This document shows, piece after piece, positions 49,830-62,990 of a stretch of DNA of 64,000 nt. How positions within the stretch are numbered: position 1 is the stretch's first letter; each line of letters opens with the position of its first letter. Below the pieces are notes generated by a model. The model had not been told where the DNA came from. It did no database searches and was given only the letters and a program-made list of their open reading frames with translations. A program made the position numbers and the translations under genes. Source of the stretch: Octopus vulgaris (Eukaryota); assembly GCA_951406725.2 (NCBI GenBank), contig OX597815.1:115258001-115322000 (forward strand), read 5' to 3'.

Positions 49830-50557
49830 TTCAAACATACATTCACATATTTCTCCATTTACAAACACAAGCCATATCCCACCCCACCCCATACACACAT
49901 ACAATCTCAGAAATATACACATACTCTAATACCCAGTTTTTAAGGCTTTCTCAACAGATTCAATTCATTCATTTCTACCCACAAACCTAAATAAAGGTGT
50001 GTAGCTGAGACGCATTTGACAAAACATATTCACATTTATTCACACATACACACACTCAAATACAAACATACACGAACACAGAGGTACTGTGAGCTAATGA
50101 GACAGCCTGTACAAAATGATTGAAGTTGCTAGAAATAGCCAAATCACCCTCAGATCATACCTCTTCAAGATGGAAGTGTATGATGTGAGGGAAATTTGGA
50201 ATATAGTTTCTATTCTGAAAATAAAACAAGGCAGTTATAGTTGGAATGGCCTTGATAATCATCATCTTTTGATGTCTGTTTTCCACACTGGCATAGGTTG
50301 AACTGTTTGACCAAAGCTGCACCAGGTTCCAGTTTGATTTGGCTTAGTTTCTATGGCTGGATGCCCTTCCTGATGCCAACCACTTTACAATGTGTGTTGG
50401 GTGCTTTTAACATGGCACTGACTCAAGTTTTCCTTTTATGTGGCACAAGCACAGAGCTCTTGCAGGCCAGTCCTTTTCATCAAGGGGACACTTCTGCTGT
50501 GGAGGTCAGGTCTTGCTTATTTAGTCAATGAACTTTTATTGCATACACCTAGTAATG

Positions 50558-50785
50558 CAACAAGCTGGTAGAATCGCTAGCACGCCTGGCAAAATGCTTA
50601 GCAGTATTTCGTCTGCCATTATGTTCTGAGTTCAAATTCCACCAATGTCAACTTTGCCTTTCATCCTTTTGGGGTCAAATAAGTACCAGTTATGCACTGG
50701 GATCAATGTAATCGACTTAATCTCTTTGTCTGTCCTTGTTTGTCCTCTCTATGTTTAGCCCCCTGTGGACAATAAAGAAATAAAC
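50558..50785 (+). mobile_element. SINE family D
   Basis: Aligns with 48889-49120. Confidence 0.8.
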
Positions 50786-51249
50786 ACCTAGTAATGTTCG
50801 CAAATGTTCAAAGTTCCCCAACCTAATTTGACTGAACTCTGCTTTTGTAGCTCACTTTTTTAACATGCATATTGTTTTTTCTGATATTAAACATATTTGA
50901 ATGTTAAGCATTGGTTATAGAACCCTTTATCTAAATATTGTACACTCTTACATATTTTTTACATTCATTACTAATGTTTTACATATACTTTTTTTCACAC
51001 AATAGGCATAAGGCCTGAAATTTGGTATGATATATGGCTACTTGCTTACATCCCCAGGGCTCAACTGGTACTTATTTCATCAACCCTGAAAGGATGAAAA
51101 ACAAAGTTGACCATAACAGAATTTGAACTCAGAACATAAATTAGTCAGAATAAATGCTGCTAGACATTTTATCCAATATGCTAAAGATTCTGACAGCTTG
51201 CTGCCTTTATCTTTTTGGTCACCACAACAGAACTGAGATCCCAAAATCA

Positions 51250-51525
51250 AGGTATCATGTAAAAAGCATTGATGTGGGTACTGGCACCATGTAAAAAAAC
51301 AGTGGTACTAGTACCATGTAAAAAGCACTGGTGATGGACCATATAAAAAGTGCCCAGCACACTCTGTAAAGTGGTCAGTATTAGGAAGGGTATCCAGCTG
51401 TAGAAACCAAGCCAAAACGAACTATGGAAATTGGTATGGCCCCTGACCTTGCCAGTTCCTGTTAAGCTGTCCAGTCTATGCCAGCATGGAAAATGGACAT
51501 TAAATGTTGATGATAATGATATGAT
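51250..51525 (+). mobile_element. old RTE 3' end fragment
   Basis: ATGTAAAAAGCA repeats, TTAGGAAGGGTATCCAGC and degenerate GAT tail. Confidence 0.7.
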
Positions 51526-52079
51526 GTCTTGGAGTGTGTCTTGAAGAGTATTCCATTTTTAACATAACAGTGTCTTATACATTTGACATAATACACACAT
51601 GGCGATTTTAATTTAATTGCATATACTCAGTTTTCCTGCAAACAGGTAAGCTTACACAATACTAGTGAATGTTTTATGCATTGCATCACGAATTTCATTT
51701 AAGCAGGTGACAATTGAGTGCATGGGATTAACAAACCCCAATCAAGAAAAGTGAAACAAGTCTGTCAGTCTTGTGAGTCACTGCAGTCATGATGTATGTA
51801 TATATTGATATATATATATTGTGTTTTCATCACAAGTCCAAGGAGATTTTTTATCTTAGACAATTCCACAGCATCTTGCCTTTTAACGGTGTGTATACAT
51901 TTAGCACAGTATGCAGATGGTGTCTGTGTGTTTGTGTGTGAGTGTATGTGTGTGTATGTTTGTATTTGTGTGTGGATGCATTCATACATACATAATCGCG
52001 AAGACTATTTACAATGCTCTGGTATAGAAAGACAACAGAATGACACCTTTGGTAGGGGAGGTTGGGAAGGTGAAAGAAG

Positions 52080-52860
52080 AGCCACACCAGCACATTATTT
52101 ACAATGCTATCTGCAGGAAGGATTGTCCTGATGTATACCTCAAAGACATGTCAGGACCAACATATATTCACACCTTTAAAAGCAAGGAATGATGGTGGAA
52201 CATTCCAATAAAAACAGAAATTCAGTGCAAACATAGCAGACCTGATATTGTTCTGTATGACAGGGAACAAAAATTATAGACTGTTGTAGAGATCAACTGC
52301 TAAGCAGATGTGAATGTACAATCAAGAGTCCAAGATAAAGAGAACATTTAATGTGAATTAATGTGGAACTTACATCTCTTGTAGCCTGACTACGAATTCT
52401 CATTTGTACCTATCATCATAGTTGCATTAGGCTATGTACCAACAAATTTACACAAAAACCTAAAATTACTGGGTATTTCAAAGGAAGAGGAAAAGAAACT
52501 GATATAGATTTTCAACATTCAATCTATTATTCTTAAATGGCTTACAAACACCTTCCACGCTGCAATTGTTTTCGTTTCAGCACACGATCTCAGATCAAAT
52601 CACTTGCTATGCAAGTACATCTCCGTAAATCTATTAGTGGCACAATGAAAATTTGTAAGACATTCCAAAGTTTCTCCATCTGAGATTCTTTAGATGAATA
52701 GATGTATACACTTGGATGTGCACATTGACAACTCAACTAGCACACCAACTCAACCAAATTTTTACAAACACTGGGAAACTGTCTTAACTCAAAAAGACTT
52801 GTCACTTTGTTAGCAACTGGCTTAAACTCTCTTAAGAAGAACTGAAATAAAACACAAAGA
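52080..52860 (+). mobile_element. RLE-type non-LTR retrotransposon 3' relic (restriction-like endonuclease)
   Basis: WWNIPIKTEIQCKHSRPDIVLYDRE...VVEINC...KENI...FVPIIIVALGYVP, matching the RPD..E..K RLE motif. Confidence 0.75.
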
Positions 52861-53139
52861 AAATAATTTTATGTCTACTTTCCATGATGGTATGGAACCG
52901 ATGATTTATCGTTGTCTGATTCATTTTTTATTCAGAGTTAATGCTATCCCAGATGGGTTGGAAAACCACATAGATAATGTGCACCATTAATTTTGTTTTG
53001 CGAAATCCTAGATAAAAAATACCTCTTATGTATAATGCATATTGTTTTACTGTAACATTATGTTGTATAGGAAAAGATTTGGTCAGATTTACTACAATTG
53101 CTGACTAAAATGCTTTGTGAAGTTTATGAATCTTCAAAA

Positions 53140-53516
53140 TCTATATATATAAAGCTGAAGTCGTCTGTGTGTGGCAGGTTTGGTAGCCTTCAACTAACAC
53201 TATCTCCTCTGAGACCCTACAGCACAAGTTGACCAAAATTGAAAGTATGATAGAAGAAGGCTTGCTCTTTATTCCGTAGTAGATAAAATTCAAATCGGAC
53301 TATGTTAAGACCAAAAATTATTTACATCAAAAAGGGGTAAAAAATCCCTATTTTTTACGATTTTTTGACTGCTGTGTCACCATTCAGTGTATTTCAACCA
53401 GAAAAATGTTCACTTAAAGAGAATAACAAGCTACATAATGCAAAATTTTTACTTTTCAAAAATTCCAATTCTAAAGGGTCGAAACAAACCTGAGCAATGC
53501 CGAGCGATACTGCTAG
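53140..53516 (+). mobile_element. non-autonomous Helitron
   Basis: A|TCTATATATATAAAG start; CCTGAGCAATGCCGAGCGATACTGCTAG|T end. Confidence 0.85.
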
Positions 53517-53684
53517 TAATAAATAAATCCAAAAGGAACCCTTGAACTTTACCAGTGTATCATCCATAGAGAAGACCGGTGAGAAGTCAGGATATAAAAG
53601 ACATAATCAGAAGGTAAACATTTTTGTTTAAATATTTTCTCTATCAAATACTTTCTTTTTATTCTTTCAATAGATACATTATTA

Positions 53685-53900
53685 GTATTATCGTTTAATG
53701 TCTACTTTTCCATATTTGCATGGGTTGGATGGAATTTATTTAGATGGATTTTCAACAGCTGGATGCCCTTCTTATTGCCAACCCTCACCTGTCTCCAAGT
53801 AAGGTAATATTCCCCATGACTGGAAATGAAGTACACTGCTTGCATGACAGTTACACTCATTAACAACTATCACATGAAATTAAGGCAATGAAACAGTAAT
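53685..53900 (-). mobile_element. family C RTE-tailed element
   Basis: Colinear with 20178-20412. Confidence 0.65.
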
Positions 53901-53944
53901 GCACACACACACACACATATGCATATATATGTATGTAAATGCAT

Positions 53945-54120
53945 ATATAACAGGCTTCTTTCTTTCAGTTTCTATCTACTAAATCCACTCACAAGGTTTC
54001 GGTAGGCCAATGGCTATAGTAGAAGACACTTGCATAAAGTGCCATGCAGTCATGCGGTGGGATTGAAACTGAGACCATGTGGGAAGCAAACTTCATAGCA
54101 CATAACCATGCCTGTGCCTA
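53945..54120 (-). mobile_element. SINE family A 5' half
   Basis: Homology to 547-700. Confidence 0.75.
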
Positions 54121-54610
54121 CATGTATAATAATTACAGTATTTCAAGAAAGGAAATATGTGTATATTTTTTCAGTTTATATTTATAGTTCAATAATGTGA
54201 GTATTGATATATTCATTCTTATTCATTATTTAGTTATTTAATATTCATATTAAATAATTCAAGTTATACTTTCAATAATAGCAGTATTAGATTCTGGTCC
54301 TCCGTATTGAAGGTTGGCAGTAGTAAGTTCATGTGTGCTTATCTGACAGTTCTGCTGCAATTTTTTATAAATTGCCTCTATTACAGAAAAAACATAACAT
54401 TATTATAATGTCTTTAGCTCTTTGCTACACATTAGTTAGCTTGGATAATAGACATAACTAACTTCCTCATGCCATCCTAATTATGGCAAGCAACACACTT
54501 GATTGACAAAGAATATGTATCATTTAGTTCATGTGTATAATATGTACTTCTGTTAGGTAGGTTCAAAAGCCTGCTAAAAGTGAGCATTTTACACAAATAA
54601 TATACCAATT

Positions 54611-54643
<33 letters not shown>

Positions 54644-54728
54644 AACACACATGCATATATAATTGTTTAACAAATATAGGATTTAAATGTAAGCTTCTAT
54701 AAGTTTCATGGCTTGATAATATGGATAA

Positions 54729-55104
54729 CTAGCAGTATCGCCCGGCGTTGCTCAGGTTTGTAAGGGAAATAACTATAAAGCATTTTTAGAGAGTTATAGC
54801 CAAAAAATAGCAAAAAAATGGAAAAAAATGATGGTAATTTTTTTTTTTAGTTAAAAAAGGTGGAGTTGCGTCCCCTAGACAGTTTGTGTTTCTGATTCTG
54901 GACCCCATGTCGAATTTATCGATTTTTTTCAGAACTGGGGGAACTTTTCAAAATTTTCGCTGCGTTAATTTTGAATTATGACATTGGGCTATGTGTGTGT
55001 CAAGTTTCATCAGAATCGGTTGAAAGCCGTGGTCAGGGTGAAGGTACAAGCAAACAGACACACAGAAACACGCACAGACAAACTGCCGTTTATATATAGA
55101 GAGA
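54729..55104 (-). mobile_element. non-autonomous Helitron
   Basis: Minus strand A|TCTCTCTATATATAAAC ... CCTGAGCAACGCCGGGCGATACTGCTAG|T. Confidence 0.85.
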
Positions 55105-55262
55105 TATTGGATGAGTTTGCATAGTGCACCATATACTATCCTGCAATCTTTCAAGTATTTTGAGCCAGAAAGATTTCAGAATAATACACAGTACACTATA
55201 CAATCTCATATGGTTGCTGTACTACCAGAGTATTAAGCTTATAGTAGATCATGTTTGAATTC

Positions 55263-55986
55263 CATCATCGTTTAACGTCCACTTTCTATGCTGGCATGGG
55301 TTGGACGATTTGACTGAGGACTGGTGAACCAGATGGCTGCACCAGGCTCCAATCTGACCTGGCAGAGTTTCTACAGTTGGATGCCCTTCCTAACGCTTAC
55401 CACTCCAAGAGTGTAGTGGATGTTTTTACATGCCACCGACACGAGGGCCAGTCAGGCGGTACTGGCAACGGCCACGCTCAAATGGTGTTTTTTACGTGCC
55501 ACCTGCACAGGTACCAGTAAGGCAATGCTGGTAACAATCATGCTCAAATGGTGCTTTTTACATGCCACCGGCATGGAAGCCAGTCAGCTGCTCTGGTAAT
55601 GACCATGCTTGGATGGTGCTCTTAGTGCTCCACTAGCATGGACGCCAGTCATGCGGTGCTGTCGTTGAATTTGATTTCGATTTCGATTTCACTTGCCTCA
55701 ACAGGTCTTCGCAAGTAGAGTTTAGTGTCCAATGAAGGAAAGGTACACAGAAGATGGCTGGTTACACCCCTGGCATAGGCCATGGGTTATGGTCTCATTT
55801 GGCTTGCTGGGTCTTCTCAAGCAGAGCATATTTCCAAGTGTCTCAGTCACTAGTCATAGCCTTGGTGAGGCCTAATGTTTGAAGGTCGTGCTTCACTACC
55901 TCATCCCAGGTCTTCCTGGGCCTACCTCTTCCACAGGTACCCTCAACCACTAGGGTGTTGCGCTTTTTCATACATCTATCCTCATT
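55263..55986 (-). mobile_element. RTE LINE, 5'-truncated
   Basis: Reverse complement of the ORF end, UTR repeats and terminus. Confidence 0.9.
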
Positions 55987-56207
55987 CTGGAAAGAGAATT
56001 TTTATTGTTGATCCCACCAATAGAAGAACAATTCACTATGTATATGTATGTATGTGTGCAAATATATATATAATTTCTTTGCTCGTTACCTGACTTCTGT
56101 TGGTCTGTTATGCTCTCAGTGAGATGGTGACTTATTTGAGGATTTTCATTTTTATTTCTGGCAAGCTGGTATTTCATGTACTCTCAGTTATATATATATA
56201 TATATAT

Positions 56208-56275
56208 ATAGCCTCGGGCTGACCAAAGCCTTGTGAGTGGATTTGGTAGACGGAAACTGAAAGAAGCCCATCGTA

Positions 56276-56329
<54 letters not shown>

Positions 56330-56540
56330 TGTGTGTGTTTGTGTGTCTGTGTTTGTCCCCTAGCATTGCTTGACAACCAATGCTGGTGTGTTTATGTCCC
56401 CATCACTTAGCGGTTCGGCAAAAGAGACCGATAGAATAAGCACTGGGCTTACAAAAGAATAAGTCCCGGGGTCGAGTTGCTCGATTAAAGGCGGTGCTTC
56501 AGCATGGCTGCAGTCAAATGACTGAAACAAGTAAAAGAGT
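56208..56540 (+). mobile_element. SINE family A (5'-truncated)
   Basis: Homology to 640-850. Confidence 0.8.
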
Positions 56541-56580
56541 TAAAAAAGTATATACTATTGATATATTTATATATATATAT

Positions 56581-58643
56581 ACATTAGACAGCTTCCTAGT
56601 AGATAAAGCAGTTAAGGGTATGAAGCCAGGAAAAGCCCCCGGCCCATCAGGAATCAGTGCAGAGATGCTTAAAACATCTGGAGGTGTGGGTTATGGCCTA
56701 GTCACCCACATTGTAAACCAGGTAGTTCATGATGGAGTCATACACAAGGACTGGTGTAGCAGCACCATAGTCAACTGCTACAAGGGTAAAGGTGATGCTC
56801 TAGATAGAAATAACTACAGGGGTATAAAACTGCTGGATCAGGTGATGATGGTCATGGAGAGGATCATAACCCATCTCATTAGGGAGAGAGAGTCTGCTTA
56901 GATGAGATGCAGTTCGGTTTTGTGCCCGGTAGAAGCACCACTGATTCCATATTCCTGGTTCAACAACTGCAGGAGAAATACCTAGCTAAAGATAAACCCC
57001 TATACTTAACTTTTGTGGACTTGGAGAAAGCCTTTGACAGGGTCCACCATTCCCTTATCTGGTGGGCAATGAGGAAACTGGAGATTGACAAAAGGTTAAT
57101 AAGGGCAGTACATGCCCTTTTCAGAGAGGCCATTAGTAAGATTAGGATTGGCAATGAGTATAGTGAAGAATTCTGGGTAGAAGTAGGATCCACCAAGTTT
57201 CGGTCCTCTTTTATTCATCATAGTCCTCCAGGCAATAACAGAGGAATTCAAGACGGGTTGCCGCTGGGAGCACCTCTATGCTGATGACCTGGCCCTCATA
57301 GCGGAATCACTACCAGAACTAGAAAAGAAATTTTGGGTGTGGAAGCTAGGTTTAGAATCAAGAGACCTCAGAGTCAATGTAGCAAAAACCCAAGTTCTAG
57401 TAAGTAAGAAGGCTAACTCATTGCACATCCCGTTAGGTAGGTGGCCCTGCTCAATCTGTGAAAAAGGTGTAGGTAGAAACTCCATAAGATGTACCCAGTG
57501 TAAGCTATGGACACATAAGAGGTGCAGCAACATCAAAGGAAAATTAACCAAGATAGCATTCGTGTGCAGCAGATGCACATCGGCAATAGACAACACAGAT
57601 ACTCAGAAAACAGATTCCATCACACTCCAAGAGGAAAAGCTAGAAGTAGTTGATAGCTTCCGTTACCTAGGTAACCAAGTTAGTAGTTGGTGTGGATGCT
57701 CAGAGAGTGTTACCACTAGAATAAGAATAGCCTGGGCAAAGTTTAGAAAGCTTCTTCCCCTACTGGCAACAAAGGGTTTCTCGCTCAAAGTGAAAGGTAG
57801 ATTGTGTGTGAATTGCCATGCTTCATGGCAGTGAAACATGGGCCGTGACTGTGGAGGACATGCATAGGCTTGAAAGAAATGAAGCTAGCATGATCCGCTG
57901 GTTGTGTAATGTCAGTGTGCACACACAACAGAGTGTAAGTGCCCTGAGAGAAATGTTGGACATAAGAAGCATCGGATGTGGCGTGCAGGAGAGATGTTTG
58001 CATTAGTATGGTCATGTACTATGGATGAGGAGAGATGTGTGAAGAAGTGCCACTCCCAAACAGTTGAAGGAATCCGGGGTAGAGGTAGACCCAGGAAAAC
58101 ATGAGATGAGGTGGTCAAGCATGACCTTCAAACGTTGTCTTCACATAGGCAATGACAAAAAACCGAGACCTCTGGAGATATGCTGTGGCTGCAAAGACCT
58201 GACAAATAAAGTGAACTCATGGCTCGCAGGCCAGCCTGCTGTACTTGCCTTGGATCATAGGGTGACCTGCTGTGCTTGAGGAGACCTATTGAGTCAAGTA
58301 CATCAACATCAAATTAAAAATCAAGTGGAAATTTTAGTTGTGATACCCATGCCGGTTGCACATAAAAAGCACCAACTGATCGTGGATGTTGCCAGCCTCC
58401 TCTGGCCCTCATGCCGGTGGCACATAAAAAGCACCCACTACACTCACGGAGTAGTTGGCGTTAGGAAGGGCATCTAGGTGTAGAAACACTGCCAGATCAC
58501 ACTGGAGCCTGGGGCAGCCTCCTGGCTTCCCAGACCCTGGTCGAATCGTCCAACCCATGCTAGCATGGAAAATAGACGTTAAACGATGATGATGATGATG
58601 ATGATGATGATAATGATGATGATAATGATGATGATGATGATGA
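56581..58643 (+). mobile_element. RTE LINE, RT region to tail (disrupted)
   Basis: GKAPGPSGI, NYRGIKLL, QFGFVPGRSTTDSIF, FVDLEKAFDRV, YADD, intact PHD-like insert, UTR and (GAT)n. Confidence 0.95.
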
Positions 58644-58862
58644 TACATATATATATATAATATTGATAGAAATGGCAAGACAACAAAAGAATGAAAGAGA
58701 CCTCGATATTATGTAAATAGAGGAACTTATCTGTAAATGTACTACATGACAATTATTTGGTAGCCATGATAAAACTCTGAGTTTTATCGTGGCTACCAAA
58801 TAATTGTCACATATTACATTTACAGATATATACATATATATATATATATACACACACATATA

Positions 58863-59070
58863 CTGGGTTGAGGAATAATTCATGAGCGTTTTTTCCTAAT
58901 TTAAAAATGCACACAGAAATAAAACACATTGGCAAAATGTTTTGTTTATTTAAAAGAGAATTTTTTGCTCTACAATACTTTTTCATTTTTTTTATCTTTT
59001 TGATTTTTGTGTATTTTCAGATCATTAAAATGAAATGTCAAGTGGACGAAACTCAGCATTTTCAACACTG
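58863..59070 (+). mobile_element. mariner 5' end relic
   Basis: TA|CTGGGTTGAGGAATAATTCATGAGCG TIR-like start; MKCQVDETQHFQH resembles a mariner N-terminus. Confidence 0.5.
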
Positions 59071-59259
59071 GTGACACTTTGATAGCATTAATATCATAAA
59101 ATTTGAGCTGACAAATAGAAGCCTAAAAACCTAGGAGCCATTTCAAATTTCTTTCAACTCTCTACTCTGTCTTTGAACACCTGATGAGATGGACATATCC
59201 TACATGCCACAAAATTGTAAGTAATGTGGAGCTGAGTTAAACTGCTATTAAATACATGT

Positions 59260-60410
59260 GAAAAAGGCATAGGTAGAAACTCCATAAGATGTCCCCAATG
59301 TAAGCTATGGACACATAAGAGGTGCAGCAATATCAAAGGAAGGCTAACTGGGAAGTTAGATTTTGTATGTGGCAAATGCTCAGGGGCAAATGCACAGAAA
59401 ATAGCCTCTGTTACATTCCAAGGAAAAAACTAGAATTAGTTGATAGCTTCTGTTACCTTGGTGACCAAGTCAGTAGTGAGCATGGTTGCTCTGAGAGTGT
59501 GGCTGCTAGAATAAGAATAGCCTGGGTAAAGTTCAGAGAGCTCCTACATCTGCTGGTGACAAAGGGCCTTTCGATCAGAGTAAAAGGTAGACTGTATGAT
59601 GTATCCAAACATGGGCCTTGACTTCTGAGAACATGCGTAAGCTTGCAAGGAATGAAGCTAGTTTGCTCTGCTGGATGTGTTTTGTCAGTGTGCATATTTG
59701 GCAGAGTGTAAACGCCCTGAGAGAAAAGTTGGACATAAGAAGCATCACATGTGGTGTACAAGAGTGATGACTGCACTGGTATGGTCATGTGTTGTGTATG
59801 GATGAGGATAGCTGTGTGAAAAAGTGTCACACCCTAGCAGTAGAGGGAACCTGTGAAAAAGGTAGACGTGAGAAGACCGGGTATGAGGGGGTGAAGCACG
59901 ACCTTCAAGCATTGGGCCTCACCGAGGCAATGGCAAGTGACCAACACCTTTGGAGATATGCTGTGCTTGAGAAAACCTGGCAAGCCAAGTGAGACCGTAA
60001 CTGTAGCCTACGCCAGTATGGCATAACCAGCCCATTTAAGAGCACCCTTCAATCATTGGGCAATAAACTGCACTTGCAAATACCTTTTGAGGCAAGTGAA
60101 GTCATTGTCGTGACTGATGACAGTACCTCCTGATTGCCACCCATGCCGATGGTACGTAAAAAGCACCATTCAAGCATGGTCGTTGCCAGTGCTGCCTGAC
60201 TGGCCTGTGCTGGTGGCACGTAAAAAGCACCCACTACACTCATGGAGTGGTTGGCATTAGGAAGGGCATTAAGCTGTAGAAACATTGACAGATCGAACTG
60301 GAGTCTGCTGCAGTCTTCTGGCTTGCCAGCCCTCAGTCAAACCATCCAACCCATGCCAGCATAGAAAGCTGATGTTAAACGACAATGATGATGATGATGA
60401 TGATGATGAT
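59260..60410 (+). mobile_element. RTE LINE, 5'-truncated
   Basis: Starts within the PHD insert; YLGD, C-terminus, UTR and tail. Confidence 0.9.
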
Positions 60411-60619
60411 GTTAGCTGTCTATCTTTCTCATTTTTTCTTTCTTCTTGTTTTTTTTCTTTATCTTGTTAACTCTTATCATATAAATGTTCTTCAGTGACC
60501 CATTTTCCTGCAGATATTTTGTATTTTTAGTTTCCTCATAAACGTGGCATTTATTATTGCAGCAGAAGCAATTATACAGACATAAAATTTTTAATAGAAA
60601 TACCATACTTCTCTTACAT

Positions 60620-60620
60620 G

Positions 60621-60693
<73 letters not shown>

Positions 60694-60840
60694 AGCTAGC
60701 TAGCATATATGCGTGTATGTATATATATTTAAATATATATATATGTATGTATATATGTATGCATGCATTTATGCATGTACGCATATGCATGTGTGTGTGT
60801 GTGTGTGTATGTATATGTATGTATGTGTATATGTATGTAT
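60620..60840. repeat. (ATCT)n plus (TA)/(TG) microsatellite
   Basis: Direct observation. Confidence 0.95.
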
Positions 60841-60844
60841 TCTT

Positions 60845-61060
60845 GTTCTTTTACTTCTTTCTGTCATTTGACTGTGGCCATGCTAGAGCACTGCCTGAAG
60901 GGGTTTTACTCAAACAAATTGATTCCAGGACTTATTTTACTTTTCTTAAGCCTAGTACTTATTCTATCGGTCTCTTTTACTGAACCCTTAAGTTACAGGG
61001 CTGTAAAAACACCAACACCAGTTGTCAAGTAGTAATGGGGGACAAACACAGACACAAAGA
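60845..61060 (-). mobile_element. SINE family A 3' half
   Basis: Homology to other family A copies. Confidence 0.75.
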
Positions 61061-61157
61061 CGTACACTCACATAGATACACACACACACACATATATGCA
61101 TTATATATAGCATGCTCAACCAGTCTGGTTCTTTTCTGAATTTATGTTTACAGATAT

Positions 61158-61201
<44 letters not shown>

Positions 61202-61257
61202 ATGTGTGTGTGTGCGTGGGTGGGTGTGCGTGTGTGTGTGTGTGTGTTTGTGTGTTT

Positions 61258-62252
61258 CTGCTGGCAACAAATGGCTACTCGCTAAGGATGAAAGGTAGAC
61301 TGTATGAAGCATGTAAGCGAACTGCCATGCTACATGGCATTGAAACATGGGCTGTGGCTGCTGAGAACATGTGTAGGCTTGAAAGAAATGAGGCTTGTAT
61401 GATCTGCTGGATGTCTAATGTCAGTGTGCATACACAACAGAGTGTGAGTGCCCTGAAAGAAAAGTTGGACATAAGAAGCATCAAATGTGGTGTGCAAGAC
61501 AGAAGACTGCACTGGTATGGTCATGTGTTACATATGGATGAAAACAGCTGTGTGAGGAAGTGTCACACCTTAACTGTGGAAGGAACTTGTGGAAAAGGTA
61601 AATCCAGGAAGACATGGGATGAGGTAGTATAGCATGATCTTCAAACATTGGGCCTCACAGAGGCAATGACAGAAGACCGAGACCTTTGGAGATATGATAT
61701 GATTGAGAAGCCCTGGCAAGTCAATTGAGATCACAGCCATGGCCAATGGCAGTGTTGCATGATCAGCTCATTTAGAAGTACCCTTGATGCATCAGGCAAT
61801 ATGATATACTTGAGAAGACCTGTTGAGTCAAGTAAAATCGAAATCATAGCTGTGGCCAGTGCCCCTTGAGTGACTCCTGTTCTGGTGGCACATAAAATGC
61901 ATCATCTGAATGTGGTTGGTGCCAGGTCCACCTGACTGGCTCCTGTGCTCATGGCACATAAAAAGCACCATCTGAACATGATTGATGTCAGGGCTGCCTG
62001 ACTGGCTTCCATGCTGGTAGCATGTGAGAAACACTATTTGAACATGACTGATGCCAGTACCCTCTGACTGGCTCTGTGCTGGTGGCACGTAAAAAGCACC
62101 CACTACACTCTCAGAGTGGTTGGCGTTAGGAAGGGCATCCACCTGCCAGATCAGATTGGAGCCTGGTGCAGCCACTGGCTCTCCAGACCTCAGTCAAACT
62201 GTCTGACCCATGCCAGCATGGAAAACAGACGTTAAACGATGATGATGATGAT
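61258..62252 (+). mobile_element. RTE LINE, 5'-truncated
   Basis: KGRLYEAC..TAMLHGIETW...LHWYGHVLHM, UTR and tail. Confidence 0.9.
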
Positions 62253-62599
62253 ATAAAAGTATGTGTGTGTGTGTATGTAAATTTTGGACAAATGGATATC
62301 TGTCAATTAGTGTGTTGACATAGGGTGTATATCAATTAGAACACCAACCATAAAGATACAAACATTTCCCATAAACTCTTTTCCATAAAACTCTTACCAA
62401 CTTGCAACAAAACCACCAAAGGAGATGATGCTTTTCATACCAAGGGACATAATTTTTAACTTAACCCCTGCTCGGTTCATTTCATTGTCTTTTTTTACAG
62501 CAACCACAAACCAGACGTGTCTGTTCACCTCCAAAAATAGAGAGCAGTCACCATATTTCATTTCACAACAGCTACTGCTGAAGAGTGCAGGGTTACATT

Positions 62600-62990
62600 A
62601 TTGGACTGTTATCTGACATTGTTGAGTCCATTGTGCAAAACCGGTTGGTAAGAGTCCAGAAGCTGGCTACCCGCATGGTTCTTGGTCTCAAGAATTTGTC
62701 TTATGAAGAAAGGCTGAAGATGCTCGACCTTTATTCTCTAAAAAAACGACGACGCCGTGGTGATCTCATTCTTGCTCACAACATCATAAGCAGAAAGTGT
62801 AACCTCTTGAAAGAGCTGTTCTTCACTCCTGCTCCAGAGCGAAGGAGAGGGGCTTTCTCCGTCCGGGTTGCGGATCCGTGGAATGAGCTGCCGGACAAGA
62901 TGGTGAAGATGCCGACGACCGCTCTGTTCAAAGTCTCCCTTGACCACAAGTGGCCTGAACTAAGATCAGCTGTAATGGATATATGATACT
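62600..62990 (+). mobile_element. CR1-type LINE 3' fragment
   Basis: RVQKLATRMVLGLKNLSYEERLKMLDLYSLKKRRRRGDLI...FSVRVADPWNELP...FKVSLD. Confidence 0.88.

Noticed and set aside
53520-53612. Short open frame ending at AAG|GTAAAC
   Set aside because: No convincing acceptor or homology
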